DNA from: Podarcis filfolensis
Lineage: Eukaryota
DNA: 64,000 nt
Strand: one strand, 5' to 3'
NCBI GenBank assembly: GCA_964270895.1
Contig: OZ185443.1
Position 1 is the first letter of the stretch, and each line of letters begins with the position of its first letter. The translations under genes and the position numbers were made by a program. Below are positions 25,860 to 38,378 of the stretch, one piece after another. The notes under the pieces were generated by a model. That model had not been told where the DNA came from, did not search any database, and saw only the letters and a list, made by a program, of their open reading frames with translations.

Positions 25860-27132
25860 TGCAGGTAAAGCAAGCAAAAAGTATTGCTCTCTTGAGCAGA
25901 CAAAGCCAGAAGTCCAGGTTCCTGGTGCTTCTATCACACTTAGCCAGTCTAGAGACTGCACAGAACCTAACAAGCACAGGGGCCATTGTTGTACACTCTT
26001 CCATCCTCTAGCACTCCAAAGCAATGCTGACACCTGAATGCAGCATTTCTCTTGGGTAGGTCTCTGCCTGCGATCATAGGTTTCACTTTACATGCTGATG
26101 CCCAAGGCAATGTTCCAGATATAGCTAAATCTGGAAACGGAAAGCATTGTATAGTGGCCCAGGAGAAGGGATGCACTCGGTTCTGTTCAAAAGAAAATCA
26201 GCTGTCAAATGCCTGCTAAGCTGTAGTTGCAGTCTCTGATCTAAAAGTATTAAATTCATAAGCGCAGAGCTGGAGAGAGTTGGGAAATAGGGCGAGAATG
26301 GAATTCTAATTGCACAATCAATAAAGAGGACCATGTAAGACTGACATGCCAAATTTGAATGGCACCATCCTAAGGAACAAACTTCTATTCTTTTGGACAA
26401 CAGGTAGAGGAGAAGGCTTCTGATTAAAAAACAGTGTGCTGAAAAATAATAGGTCATCTCCATTAATCACCTGGCCAGCTGAAACTCCTGAATCTGAAAG
26501 GAGCTCTTAATCATATTACAAAATATGCAGAGCAAAGTTAAAATCCTGGACTGCAGCAGGGCTCGAAGATGTTGCGCAGAACAAAGAATCTGCAACAAGC
26601 TTCTTAGTCCTGAAAGTGGAACAGCTTTCTGACTAAAGCTGATGAGCTTCAAAACTGCTCTTGTTTCTTCTGGGCTGCCTATCCAGCTGCAACATTTTTC
26701 TTGAATTTTTTTTTCAGGGGGCGAGTGCTGCTCTCTGCTTAATCCAGCAGTCTTTGGCACTAAGGTGGCTGTGTTCTAAGCACATACAAACTGGAAGTTT
26801 CATGGGAGATTGAAATCATAGTATCATCTACTTGACTGAGAAATGTGTGAAGCACGTCTGCCAAACAACATAGTGCTTTAAGTTTTAGAAATATTCTGCT
26901 GCAATGGTAGCTCTTTGGGATATTCCCACATGCCAGTCATCACACGATGCTTCAGTAATCAAGTGCCCACACTGCATGTCTGGTCTGGACTACGAAAGGA
27001 AGTCAGCAAGCCCCCCTGCTGGTAGTAATGCTTCTGTTGTGAATGGTGGAGTATATGTAGAAATTCTACTTGTGAAACGAATCTCATGTGCTGCCTGCAG
27101 TTCAGATCCACCCATTCACATGTGTTTGTGGA

Positions 27133-27419
27133 CAGTGGTGTAACATGGGTTGCCAGCACCCAGGGCCACTTGGAGGGAGGGAAACAGGTGGAGCATGCAT
27201 GCCCATTCACTCAGAAGATTGCAGAGATAAGAAAAGAAGAGTCATTCTGTTGTCTGGAGAGGTCACTTCCTGGTTCTCATGGAGAAGCTGTTTTCAATGG
27301 AGCCCAGAGAGAGAAGCATGCAGCTGTATTGAGGCAGCATCGGGTGGTGACATTTTCCGCTTCCTAAGAATTTTGCACCTGGGGCAACCACCCCTGTGGG
27401 CCCCCATGCTATGCCACTG
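27133..27419. mobile_element. hAT MITE (CAGTGG(T/C)GTA(A/G)C TIR family)
   Basis: TIRs CAGTGGTGTAACATGGG / CCCATGCTATGCCACTG; perfect TSD TTTGTGGA; body shared with 30966-31286. Confidence 0.9.
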
Positions 27420-27624
27420 TTTGTGGAGGATGTTGATAGTGCATGTTTCAGTTGTCTCCTACTTGATCTGAGCGACTGGGAGAATTCAGAATCTGCTCAT
27501 TCTTCTTCTCAAAGTTAAAATGAGGAGTCAACGTTATCAAAAGGCCTTTTAGACTGAGATCAGATTAGTTGTCTAACCCAGTTAAGTAGTAGACTGGGTT
27601 TCTTTCTCAATAAGCTGGCAGAGG

Positions 27625-27710
27625 ACCTAAAGTACTACAATTCCCATCATCCTTGACCACTGGCCACACTCTCTGGGGCAGTCCAGCAACATCTAGAGGG
27701 CCACAGGCCC
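27625..27710. mobile_element. Degenerate hAT hairpin MITE
   Basis: actacaattcccatcatccttgaccactggcc...gtccagcaacatctagagggccacagg. Confidence 0.55.
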
Positions 27711-27888
27711 TAAAAGAAACACTGCCCACCAGCTGATAGGAGCAGCCTTCCTTCCTAACCAACCTCTCACAGATCAGACTATTGGCAACTATTAAGTGAT
27801 GACCATTAACTTGATACCATCAAAACATCTAAGGTCACATAAAGCTGATTGCAAATTAGCCCTGCTAAAAGCAAAATAAATAATCATT

Positions 27889-28037
27889 CCCGGGTGCAAA
27901 AACGACCAAAAAACGCAATTTTTCAATTGACTTGCCTAAGATCCAAAGCACCACCTTTAGGAAATTCCCCTCCGATGTCAATTCTGCCTTTTAAATCCCG
28001 GTAATATCTGGGGAAATCTGGATGTATGGCAGCCCTA
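27889..28037. mobile_element. Right part of TAGGGTTGCCA-type hAT MITE
   Basis: Ends ctggatgtatggcagcccta like copies at 34334, 43909 and 55950. Confidence 0.55.
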
Positions 28038-28242
28038 ATTTAGCACCCTTTTTATTCAATACCCCAGAATAAGGCACCCAGCAAGTTTCTCACTTCCACT
28101 CACACCAAGCCCTTTCATAATGCTGAAAACAGCAACCTTCTCCACCCATTCGCTCGCTGATACAGATCACTGGAGACACTGACATTTCTTTAGGGAAAGC
28201 ACACTAATAATCTATCAGGTAAGACTCTGGCTATGTAACTAT

Positions 28243-28344
28243 GGTTGCAATCCTACGCACATTTCTCTGGGAATAAGCTCTATTTTTAAAAAAAAAATCA
28301 AAAAAGAGGAGCATGCTTCTGAATAAATATGCATAGGATTGCCC
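28243..28344. mobile_element. Short palindromic MITE (gcaatcctatgcac...gcataggattgc family)
   Basis: Inverted ends GGTTGCAATCCTACGCAC / GCATAGGATTGCCC; related degenerate copies at ~12-72 and 32854-32935. Confidence 0.6.
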
Positions 28345-28608
28345 TGCATTCATGTTGTCTAATTTAGGGAGTTTTGGAGAAAATTCTTGTTCTTAAGTAT
28401 AACATGGTTGAAAAACCTCAGGATGGTTTAATGGTGACTGAGTCTCTCCCACATTTATTTATTAAAACATATACCTCCCAGCTTTTTGTTCAGTGACATT
28501 ACTGAGGCAGATTTATAACATTTAAAATCCACAATGATGCTATAAATCACAATGATGATGCTTCAGCCCTCCTTCTCTGCTGTGACAGGAGGAGGAGGAA
28601 CCAGCACC

Positions 28609-29002
28609 AAAGGGTTGGTGTTGAACTTTAAAGCCTTAAACGGCCTCAGCCCAGTATACCTGAAGGAGCGTCTCCACCCCCATTGTTCAACCCGGACACT
28701 GAGATCCAGCTCTGAGGGCCTTTTGGCAGTCCCCTCACTGTGAGAAGTGAGGTTACAGGGAACCAGGCAGAGGACCTTCTCGGTAGTGGCACCCACCCTG
28801 TGGAACTCCCTCCCATCAGATATCAAGGCAATAAACAACTATCTGACTTTTAGAAGACATCTGAAGGCAACCCTGTTTAGGGAAGTTTTTAAAGTTTGAT
28901 GTTTTATCATGTTTTTAATATTCTGTTGGGAGCTGCCCAGAGTGGCTGGGGAAACCCAGCCAGATAGGCTGGGTATAATAAATTATTATTATTATTATTA
29001 TT
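28609..29002 (+). mobile_element. L2-clade LINE 3' fragment
   Basis: LVLNFKALNGLSPVYLKERLHPH...LRSSSEGLLAVPSL...RTFSVVAPTLWNSLP, 3' UTR and (ATT)n tail. Confidence 0.9.
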
Positions 29003-29213
29003 AACCATGTCATGGTCGGCTCCGCCCTTCACCTCCGTGCTTTATGAACCTTGGGGAGGGGTCTTGGCCCCAAACCCAAAAATATAGGGGGCTCAGCTCC
29101 CTGGAGCAGGGGCCTCTGCTATAAGATTGTTAGTCCATGGAGAAGATCATACTGAATCTCCTCTATTAAGGCGAGTAAGGCACTGGTACACTAACCTGAC
29201 TCAGCCTTGAAAC

Positions 29214-29419
29214 AGCCCCCCACCCTGCCACCACTTATGCTCTTTGTTACAACCAGTGCAGGGTGGCCATTGGCTGTCAGCTTCTTCCTCCTTAGTCCCT
29301 GTAGGGAGAAGGATGGGGACAAGGTAGAGTTAGCTGACTCTGTCAATAATACTGGCACCACCTACTGTTGGTCTTCCTGACCAATCCCCTACAGTCCCAA
29401 TAGGTAACAGGCCCCACTG
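29214..29419. mobile_element. Degenerate MITE related to 52592-52810
   Basis: Shared agggagaaggatggggacaa...ctggcaccacctac...ccccactg text. Confidence 0.4.
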
Positions 29420-30160
29420 GTAGGATCTCTGTCGCTCTCTCAGTATGCACAGTTTCAAACATTGCAGATATTTTACAAGAACACATCACGACAATAATAA
29501 AGGGAGGGTCTTTCACTCATGCATCTGAAAAAAATAGATTCTAGTCTACGAAAGCCCATGCTGTAATAACTGAGGTTGCTAAAATCCTATGGCTTTGACT
29601 GGCCTGGGATTCAGCTACAGTGAAGACCATAGCACTTCCAAAAGAAAATATCTAGGTTTGGGCTTTTCACTAGGATGTTGGTAGTGGTAGCCTATTTCAA
29701 AGCACAACATACACCTTTGATTGGTTTTATTCATATAAATTAGAGGGTTTTTCTTGCTTGTTGAAGGGACTGCTATAAGCATATCCCTGAAAAAATATAG
29801 CATTTGTTGATAAATGTATTTATTAATAAGTGAGGGTGCCAAACGAGAAAGGATGCTCCTGGCATGGAGGAACTATTGAACTTGTGGTTAACTTATTTGT
29901 TTAATAAAGCAGGAAGCAACTGGGTTGTATAACATGACAATTTAGCGGCAATAAAGAAAACCACATGAACAAAGTGGGTCTTAAAAAAGAAGAAGACTGC
30001 GATGAGACTTTCTAAAGAGGGTTGAAGTTCTTGGGTGCAGCAAATTGCAATACGCCTTTTCCTGACTTCCTTCTTCTTCAGAAAATCAAATCCTAGCAAT
30101 TACTGCATTGATCATTATTCCTGTCTGTCAGCATGATCAGAAAAGGAATGTATCTTTATA

Positions 30161-30271
30161 TTGCTGTATTGTTTTTAACACTTGATAATGCTGTATTGTT
30201 TTTAACACTTGATTGGAAGCCACCAAGAGTGGCTGGGGAAACTCAGCCAGATGGCTGGGGTATAAATAATA

Positions 30272-30314
<43 letters not shown>
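30161..30314 (+). mobile_element. L2 3' UTR fragment with tandem duplication and (ATT)n tail
   Basis: TGCTGTATTGTTTTTAACACTTGAT twice (period 27), then ggaagccaccaagagtggctggggaaactcagccagatgg. Confidence 0.85.
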
Positions 30315-30965
30315 GGCTAGAAATATCCAGAAATCATTCTTTTTTAAAAACCAGCAGTTGGCAAATGTATTTTTGGAAAACCTTGGAGGGGGTAGTAAAA
30401 GAGCTTGCCCTAAGATTGCAGCCCTTTGCACATTTACCTGCCACGGTGTGCCAGGCGACTTACTTCTGTGTAAGCATGGTTAAGCTGCTGCCCATGTGAA
30501 AAATGGAGCTCAGCAGAAACGCAGCGAGAAAGTGCATTCCACAAGGCCGAGCTGAAAAATTAATTGAAATTGGCTTAGATGTCAGTGCTCCTGTGCGATC
30601 TCAAACCTGGCAGAAGGAGCGCAAAACAAACAGTAACGATAAAGAGCAGGTTATTGAGTTGCGGTAAGACGGGCCAAAGGAGATGCATTGCTGGGTGCCA
30701 CAGCAATCAATTTGATGTCTGGTCTTATTCAGCGTCTTCATTAATGATCAGCAAATGAGCCATTAACGACATTCAGATGATGCTACCTTGCAAAGTGTGG
30801 CAACCGCGCACTTGACCCAACAAACAATGCTTCAATTCTAGAGACATGAGTAACACAGTAGCCAGATGCAACTTTGGCAAAGAGGGTGAGGAGTTCCTTT
30901 GCACGATGCAGATCAGTTGTGTTGGTATCTTATCTGCTATGCCTTTAAATCTGAGCAATGAGACA

Positions 30966-31286
30966 CAGTGGCATAGCGTGGGTTGCCCGTACCCGGAGCC
31001 GTGTGGAGGGGCGTGGAAGGGAAACAGACAGAGTACACATGTGCATTCAGCTGCTTAAGGTGTCTGCATCACCCAGGAGATCACAGCCACAGAGATAAGA
31101 AGAGAAGAGTTGTTCTGTTGTCTAGAGAGATCAGTTCCTGGTTTGCATGGAGAAGCTGTTTTTAACAGAGGCCAGCGACGCAAGCACAAAGCTGTATTGA
31201 GGCAGCACCGGGTGTTGAAATTTTGAGCCCCTAACAAATTTTGTGCCTGGGGCAAATGGCCCTGTTCCCCCCTCAATACACCACTG
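30966..31286. mobile_element. hAT MITE (same family as 27133-27419)
   Basis: TIRs CAGTGGCATAGCG / AATACACCACTG; perfect TSD ATGAGACA. Confidence 0.9.
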
Positions 31287-31335
31287 ATGAGACATAAGAG
31301 TAAGGGCTGATCTCTGCATTTAAATATAACTACTT

Positions 31336-31687
31336 GGACAGCGGGTGGACCTGTGGGTTAAACCACAGAGCCTAGGGCTTGCCGATCAGAAGGTTGGCGG
31401 TTCGAATCCCCGCGATGGGGTGAGCTCCTGTTGCTCAGTCCCTGCTCCTGCCCACCTAGCAGTTCAAAAGCACAAAGTGCAAGTAGATAAATAGGTACCG
31501 CTCCAGCGGGAAGGTAAACGGTGTTTCTGCGCGCTGCTCTGGTTCACCAGAAGTGGCTGAGTCATGCTGGCCACATGACCCAGAAGCTGTACGCTGGCTC
31601 CCTCAGCCAATAAAGCGAGATGAGCGCCACAACCCCAGAGTCGTCTGTGACTGAACCTAATGGTCAGGGGTCCCTTTACCTTTACCT
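31336..31687 (+). mobile_element. Sauria SINE, full length
   Basis: gtgggttaaaccacagagcctagggcttgccgatcagaagg head with B-box ggttcgaatcc; tail ggtccctttacctttacc. Confidence 0.93.
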
Positions 31688-32641
31688 TATGTGGACAGCA
31701 CCATGTGAGCCAGCGTAGGTAACTTCTGCATTTGGGCTCAAATCCACACTCAGACATACAAGCCGCAGGATGACAATCTTTAAGATGCCACAGACCTAGT
31801 ACTGAGACTCAGACATAACACATTCTGTGCTATTGGGATGTCTTGTCAGAGAAAGGAGCTTTTGACGTGTTCCTGCTGCACTTGAGTGCCAACATTAAGC
31901 TCGGTAAGAGGGGCTCAACAGGGGTCAGGTGACCGAAGAGGCCAATAGGCTTCCTTCTTGTCCCATAAAGCTGCTGATGCTGTTCTTACTGCTCTATCTG
32001 AGCTCTTTGATTGGTCTGCTCCCAGGGTCCCTTCTACACAGGACACCAGCCCTGCCACCATCTGCATTTCTTCCAGCCTAATCCACTACACAGGGTTCTG
32101 TGAGTGACCTATGTGCCACCTTGGAGGAAGAAACACAGCTTAGAAATGTGTTGTGTTTTTTTCCCCAAAGCTACAAAACTCGTTTGAATAGAAAAATGCT
32201 TCACAAAGCCTGCCATGGAAGAAAGCAATGTAAACAAGATTAAAGACCAAAACAAGATAAACACTAGAGGTACAAAATATATCTATTAGAGCAGTCTTGT
32301 TTTTCTTCATTATGTCTGAATGCTCTTAACCAGTGTCACACTCCAATGGGAATTCTAACTGGCTTAGATTTATTTGAGCAATGGAGGGCTGGTGACTTTT
32401 ATATGAAGAATGCTTCAGTTATTGTTTTCTACCTGTCATTTTATCTAGATTGAAGAAAAGATCTCAAGCAAACCGAATGCATTGTATCATTCTATACTTG
32501 CTGGCATGCTTTGGTAAAGCGGGCAAGTGTTAAATCCATTATCATCCTTTCAGTCAGCCACTCTGCTCGGAATAGATTTAATACAACACCAGTCACACTA
32601 ATGCTCAGTATACTGTACATTTGCCACTGTCTACCATTCTG

Positions 32642-32789
32642 NNNNNNNNNNNNNNNNNNNNNNNNNNNNNNNNNNNNNNNNNNNNNNNNNNNNNNNNNNN
32701 NNNNNNNNNNNNNNNNNNNNNNNNNNNNNNNNNNNNNNNNNNNNNNNNNNNNNNNNNNNNNNNNNNNNNNNNNNNNNNNNNNNNNNNNN
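32642..32789. other. Assembly gap (148 N)
   Basis: Run of N. Confidence 1.
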
Positions 32790-32958
32790 AGTATATATAG
32801 CACCAGGGTACAACACTTACAAAAGCAATAAGATAGATGCTTACTTTCAAGTAAGCTACAATCCTATACTAGGGAGTGAGTCCCACTCAACTAAATGAAG
32901 CTTACTTCTGAGTAGACGAGAATAGGACTGTACCCTACCATTTTATCATGTGTGTGTG

Positions 32959-33396
32959 CAGGGCCAAATTTAGGTTTGATGAGGCCCTAAGCTACTGAAG
33001 GTAATGGGGCCCTTTATATGTCCAGCTGTCCTTTGTCAACAACAATGTCACTGTTTTGTGTGTGTGTGTTGAATATACACTATATGGTAATTTATGGACC
33101 TAATAGGTATCTAAAGCCATTTACACATGTGGAATGTAGGCACCCTATATATAGAAATGAGCAAACCAGTGATATTTTAGGGAGCAGGCTAGCAGGCGGG
33201 GCCCATTACTTACATCATAGGAGCCTACACAACACAAAACACTGTTGCTGTATGTAGGTTTTATTTTATTTGTTTTTTATCTTATATTTTGGAAATGTAC
33301 AACCAGTTTTTCCCCCCTATAAATTTTTTTGGGGGCCCCAAGAGAGTGGGGCTCTAAGCTATAGCTTGTTTAGCTTATACGTTAAATCCGGCATTG
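32959..33396. mobile_element. hAT MITE (CAGGGCC...TTTA TIR family)
   Basis: TIRs CAGGGCCAAATTTA / TAAATCCGGCATTG; TSD TGTGTGTG/TGTGTGTT; subterminal ggccctaagcta motifs. Confidence 0.75.
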
Positions 33397-34062
33397 TGTG
33401 TGTTGTGTGCAAGATGTGTGACAGCAGCTATCTTAACAGAGGCTGTCCTCCACCTTTTGCCGCCATCTATGATGGTGCCTGCTGCAACATATGCTTGCAT
33501 AATTTTATCTAAAATGAGGGTCCCTCCCTCCCCGAGGCACAGTTACTTAAATGCAGATTTATGTAGATGTAATTGATTAATCAAAACCATACGATTAATC
33601 CTACACGTGCCTCAGAACACCCCAGCGCAGATTGGAGGTGCCGGGTCAGGACCACAGAAAGGATGATAAATCCCACTGTGATCAATAAGATTAACTTGCA
33701 AACCTACTGCATTAATTCCATAACTGGGTTTAATTCCATATGTCAGTTGCAGGTCTAAGATCCTGGCCAGACTTTTCATTCTATATTCAAAGCAATAGGT
33801 ACCTGCCATGATCTGCAATAAAATAAAATAAATACATCCTCTTCTTTCTTTCACTTAAGTCTCAGGTTGTGGTCCTGCATACCTGGGATGGGTAACCTGA
33901 GGCTTAAGCTCAAGTTGCTCTAATTTTAGGTAGCCTACAGAGAAGGAGAGAAAGAGACGAACAATACTGCAAACCCCACCCACTTTGGGTACTAGCTCCG
34001 CCCTCCCCCAGCTCTGCCTCTGGCTGCCATCTGTCCCACTGACTTTTCCCATGGGTCAACAA

Positions 34063-34334
34063 TAGGGTTGCCATATTCCAAAAAGTGAAAATCTGGACAC
34101 AAAAGTTGTTGAGCATTTATTTTTTGGCAAGGTTGTTGAGCTTTATAATTTTCAAAAAAAAAAAAAAAGGTTTTTGAGATATTTTTAAGGAAAATTGCCA
34201 AAATATAGATTTCTGACATGGGTTGCCATATATCTCGATTTTCCCAGACATTTAAGCAATTTCCAACCCAGACACTGTTTCCTCATGTTGTATTCCGGCT
34301 ATGTCTGGGAAATTCTGGTTGTATGGCAACCCTA
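34063..34334. mobile_element. hAT MITE, TAGGGTTGCCA TIR
   Basis: TIRs TAGGGTTGCCATA / TATGGCAACCCTA; perfect TSD GTCAACAA. Confidence 0.92.
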
Positions 34335-34451
34335 GTCAACAACCTTCTGTTGAGACTCAGTGGGGCTTAATTCTCAGTAGACGTTAGTAGGCTTGCCCAG
34401 TTAACCTGCTAGTGTATCTTAAAACCAGTCCTCTTTTAAAAGGCCATAAGT

Positions 34452-34818
34452 GGGGACGCGGGTGGCACTGTGGTCTAAACCACAGAGCCTAGGGCTTGCT
34501 GATCAGAAGGTCGGCAGTTCGAATCTCTGCAATGGGGTGAGCTCCCGTTGTTTGGTCCCAGCTCCTGCCCACCTAGCAGTTTGAAAGCATGTCAAGTGCA
34601 AGTAGATAAATATGTACCGCTCCGGCAGGAAGGTAAACGGCATTTCCGTGCGCTGCTCTGGTTCGCCAGAAGCTGCTTAGTCCTGCTGGCTACATGACCC
34701 GGATGCTGTCTGCAGACAAACACTGGCTCCCTCGGCCCATAGACCGAGATGAGCGCGCAACCCCAGAGTTGTCCGTGACTGGACCTAATGGTCAGGGGTA
34801 CCTTTACCTTTACCTTTA
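34452..34818 (+). mobile_element. Sauria SINE, full length
   Basis: GGGGACGCGGGTGGCACTGTGG head, diagnostic body, (ACCTTT)x3 tail. Confidence 0.93.
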
Positions 34819-36345
34819 AGTGAGGCTCATTTCCCAGTCCTGTGGAAAACTCTGTCAGAAGTAATTCAACAGGTTCCTTTTAAATGACTGCTGAAAACTC
34901 TTCCATTCTGGCAGGCCTGTGCTGGCAGTTAAGAATCCATCCCTCCACACTGGCTAACTGATATGTGCTTTTAATTTTTTATGGTTCTTATTGTAGGGTT
35001 TTATGTTTTATTGCTTTAATCCGCTTTGATATCTTTTTTTACGACATAGTGGTAGATAATTATTTGCATAAATAAATAAATAAACAAACGAGTCTTCGGG
35101 CCTATGCACACTTTCCCGAAAATAAGCCCCGTGGGCCACGGGGGAATTTACTCCCAGGTCAGATCCCATTTGCAATCTATCAAAACATTTCCCCTAATGC
35201 AATTTCTGGCCCCTGTTCAGCTCTGTCTGTGGGAAATACAGCTGTTATCCCCAGATGTCCATCCTCCTTTTTTAAAAAAATCTAACCAATGAAATGGTCC
35301 TGATGGGAATTACTGAGTAGATCGGGATGCACACCCAGATGTGCTTTTGTGACTGCACAAGAAAAAGGCTTCTTTCATGCTTGGACCTCCTGAGCTAGAA
35401 CCGGGCATTTGTCTTCAGAAATTCACCTGCTTCAGTTCCATTTTCCCTTTGTAGGTTGGCTGCATTTACTATTTATAAGCCAAAGCAGCTGAAAGTGTGC
35501 TTCCCTGCTTTAGGAAGACAAAAAGGGGATACACCCTTAAGCATAAGAACCATACTCAAAAGTCAGCTTCAAGATCGATGTGTTACGTAGCATCAGCGAA
35601 ACTGGAGATTAAGGAAAGCAGCTGTAACGCCTAACTAAGTGACCAGTGCATTAATTGCCCATTGGCTTTAGTCTGTCTAGTCTGCCATTGTAAACATTGG
35701 ATTCTGCAAGCCTTCTCCATTTCCCCTCTGGATAGAAGGCAATTTAACTCCTGACATCTGCAGCCCTCCTCCCCGCAAACTACAAACAAGATATCCCTGT
35801 ATGTGGATAGATTCGCCCTGCCTATGCTGCAGTAGCATCAAATACCCAGAGGAGGGCGCTTGTGGCACTCCACTCAGCCTGTTCCAAGTGAAGCACTTAA
35901 TACCATACACTCATTTCTGAGGGGGGACGGGACACATTTTCAACCACCTTATCTGAGTCAAAGCACTATTAAACAATAATGGGCAATGCTTGGTTATCAG
36001 TACCGAGATTAGCTTGCAGGTTTCTGCAATTAATTGGCATATTTATCACACAAGCTGCTTTCTAAACACAGAAAGCAACATCTTTCTGGAGCTACAGCTG
36101 TTGGCTGCAGTTGTCTGTGGCTCGGACCACGGAGGCTGTAGGGACCTTCCGTGTACTCATCATCCCACAAGCAAAGGAAATATCCACTGCAAAACTAGAT
36201 GGAATGAGAAATGAGTAGAAAGAGGATCATTTGGAGAAATAGTTTCCTGATTCTGTGTTTACATTTTAAAGCTAGCTAGGTGATCTGTGAAATGTCTATG
36301 ACAGACATTCAGTTGGGGGGGGGGCATTATTATCATATTTCACAC

Positions 36346-36906
36346 AGCACTGGCACTATATAAGAACATTTACCTGAAATGATATGGGGGGGTGCAGAGG
36401 GGAAGCAGAAAGATTCCGTGGTTTGAGGTGTTTATTACAATTGATGGCATAGGAAGGGAGGGGTAAATCGCAAAAAGAAACAAGGATGGCAATTTGGAAG
36501 ATACTGGAAGATACTGGAGATGCAAAAACAAGAGAATGTATGCCACAACCAAAAGAGGGGGTTTCATGCATCCATGAAGAGGCGGGATACACCAGGCATG
36601 ATCATCTCTGGGTATGTCCACACCAAGCGTGCTGGCTTGCCCCTGCAATTGAGGGGGCCGGCGCCATGTGACGTGTGGACGCTGTGCATGCTGACATCAT
36701 CCATGCGGGACGTGCAATGTGCTGGTGTAATGAGTACGATCCACATGACATGCTTGCACAGTGCACACATGCTGCACGGCGTGCTGACATCATGTGCACA
36801 TGCCACATGACATGTGCGCAGTTGCCACAGAATATTGAGGGGGGCTGGCCCCCCTCCCTGAACATTTTTGGCTGCCCTCAGCACCTACTGCCAAATGGTG
36901 CCCCTG
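36346..36906. mobile_element. Probable hAT MITE with CATG/E-box-rich interior
   Basis: Right end gccaaatggtgcccctg; approximate TSD TTTCACAC/TTCCACAC; left TIR degenerate. Confidence 0.5.
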
Positions 36907-36924
36907 TTCCACACCAGGTATTTT

Positions 36925-37397
36925 AATTCAAAGTGTTGGTGCTGACCTTTAAAGCCCTAAATGGCCTCGGTCCCGTATACCTGAAGGAGCGTCTCCACCC
37001 CCATCGTTCTACCCAGACACTGAGGTCCAGCACTGAGGGCCTTCTGGCGGTTCCCTCACTGCGAGAAGCCAAGTTACAGGGAACCAGGCAGAGGGCCTTT
37101 TTGGTAGTGGTGCCTGCCCTGTGGAATGCCCTCCCAGCAGATGTCAAGGAACTAAGCAGCTATCTTATTTTTAAAAGAGAACAACAACTACCAGAGTTTT
37201 AGAAGACATCTGAAGGCAGCCCTGTTTAGGGAAGTTTTTAATATTTAATGCTGTATTGTTGTTAACACTCGGCTGGGAGCCACCCAGAGTGGCTGGGGAA
37301 ACTCAGCCAGATGGGCAGGAGAAAAATTATTTATTTTATTATCATTATCATTATTATCATCATTATCATCATTATCATCATCATTATTATTATCATT
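36925..37397 (+). mobile_element. L2-clade LINE 3' fragment
   Basis: FKVLVLTFKALNGLGPVYLKERLHPHRSTQTLRSSTEGLLAVPSL...RAFLVVVPALWNALP; 3' UTR and (ATT/ATC)n tail. Confidence 0.9.
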
Positions 37398-37690
37398 GCC
37401 CACAACTGTCCCATTTTAAGTGGGACATACTGGATCGCAGAAGCCAATCCCGACTTCAGTTTGGATCCTGGGATGTCCCATTTTCTTTCACCCAGCCCTC
37501 TGGCATGAGTCCAGAGCACCGGACCAAACTAACTCTCACTGGACTTTCTATCCCAGCACTCTGGCATGAACCTGCTGACAATCACCAGAGCACCAGGCGG
37601 CGTGCCCCTCCTGACACCCCAATTTTGGGGATGGAAATGTTGGGGGGTATGGAATATGGAACCCTCACTCTCTGTCCCATAGAAAGGGAC
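37398..37690. mobile_element. MITE-like element related to 6912-7050
   Basis: tgtcccatttt...gggaca start and ggaaatgttggggggtatgg end motif shared with the 6.9-7.3 kb repeat. Confidence 0.45.
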
Positions 37691-38028
37691 TGAAAATTGG
37701 CATGGTGAGAGACATGGCAGGGGGGTTCACCTGCTGTAGCATGGAAAGTTATGAAGTTTAAAGTTGGACAATGAGTGGGAAGTATTAAAAGCTCTCAGTC
37801 TGGAAGTGACCTCTCTCTCTCCTAGATAGGTGGTGGGGCAGCTCAGGGTTGCTTATCTGCCAACTTAGGATTGCTCATGGTTCATGAGGGGGTGTGGCCT
37901 GGGGAGCTCAGTGCGGGGTGGGCATGGTGGCAGGATCGCCAGATTGGCTCTCTTGCTGCATCAACACCTCACCTGCCCCTTGCACCTTCACTATCTCTCT
38001 TAGGAACCAGCAACGACACACAGCACTC

Positions 38029-38378
38029 GGTAAAGGTATAGGGACCCCTGACCATCAGGTCCAGTTGTGGCCGACTCTGGGGTTGCAGCGCTCATCTCAC
38101 TTTATTGGCCGAGGGAGCCAGCATACAGCTTCCGGGTCATGTGGCCAGCATGACTAAGCTGCTTCTGGTGAACCAGAGAAGCACACGGAAGCTCCGTTTA
38201 CCTTCCCGCAGGAGCGGTACCTATTTATCTACTTGCACTCTGACGTGCTTTCGAACTGCTAGGTTGGCAGGAGCAGGGACCGAGCAATGGGAGCTCACCA
38301 CGTTGCGGGGATTCGAACTGCCGACCTTCTGATCGGCAAGTCCTAGGCTCTGTGGTTTAACCCACAGCGCCACCTGCG
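38029..38378 (-). mobile_element. Sauria SINE, full length
   Basis: Reverse complement of the 31336 copy (ggtaaagg...gggacccctgacc ... aacccacagcgccacctgcg). Confidence 0.92.

Noticed and set aside
26125-26760. Two adjacent in-frame minus ORFs (97 and 112 aa) with a faint L1 RT resemblance (LISFSQKAV)
   Set aside because: About one such ~210-codon pair is expected by chance in this window by rough estimate; it contains an A9 run and has no convincing motif
32492-32850. ORFs spanning X residues
   Set aside because: Artefacts of the N gap
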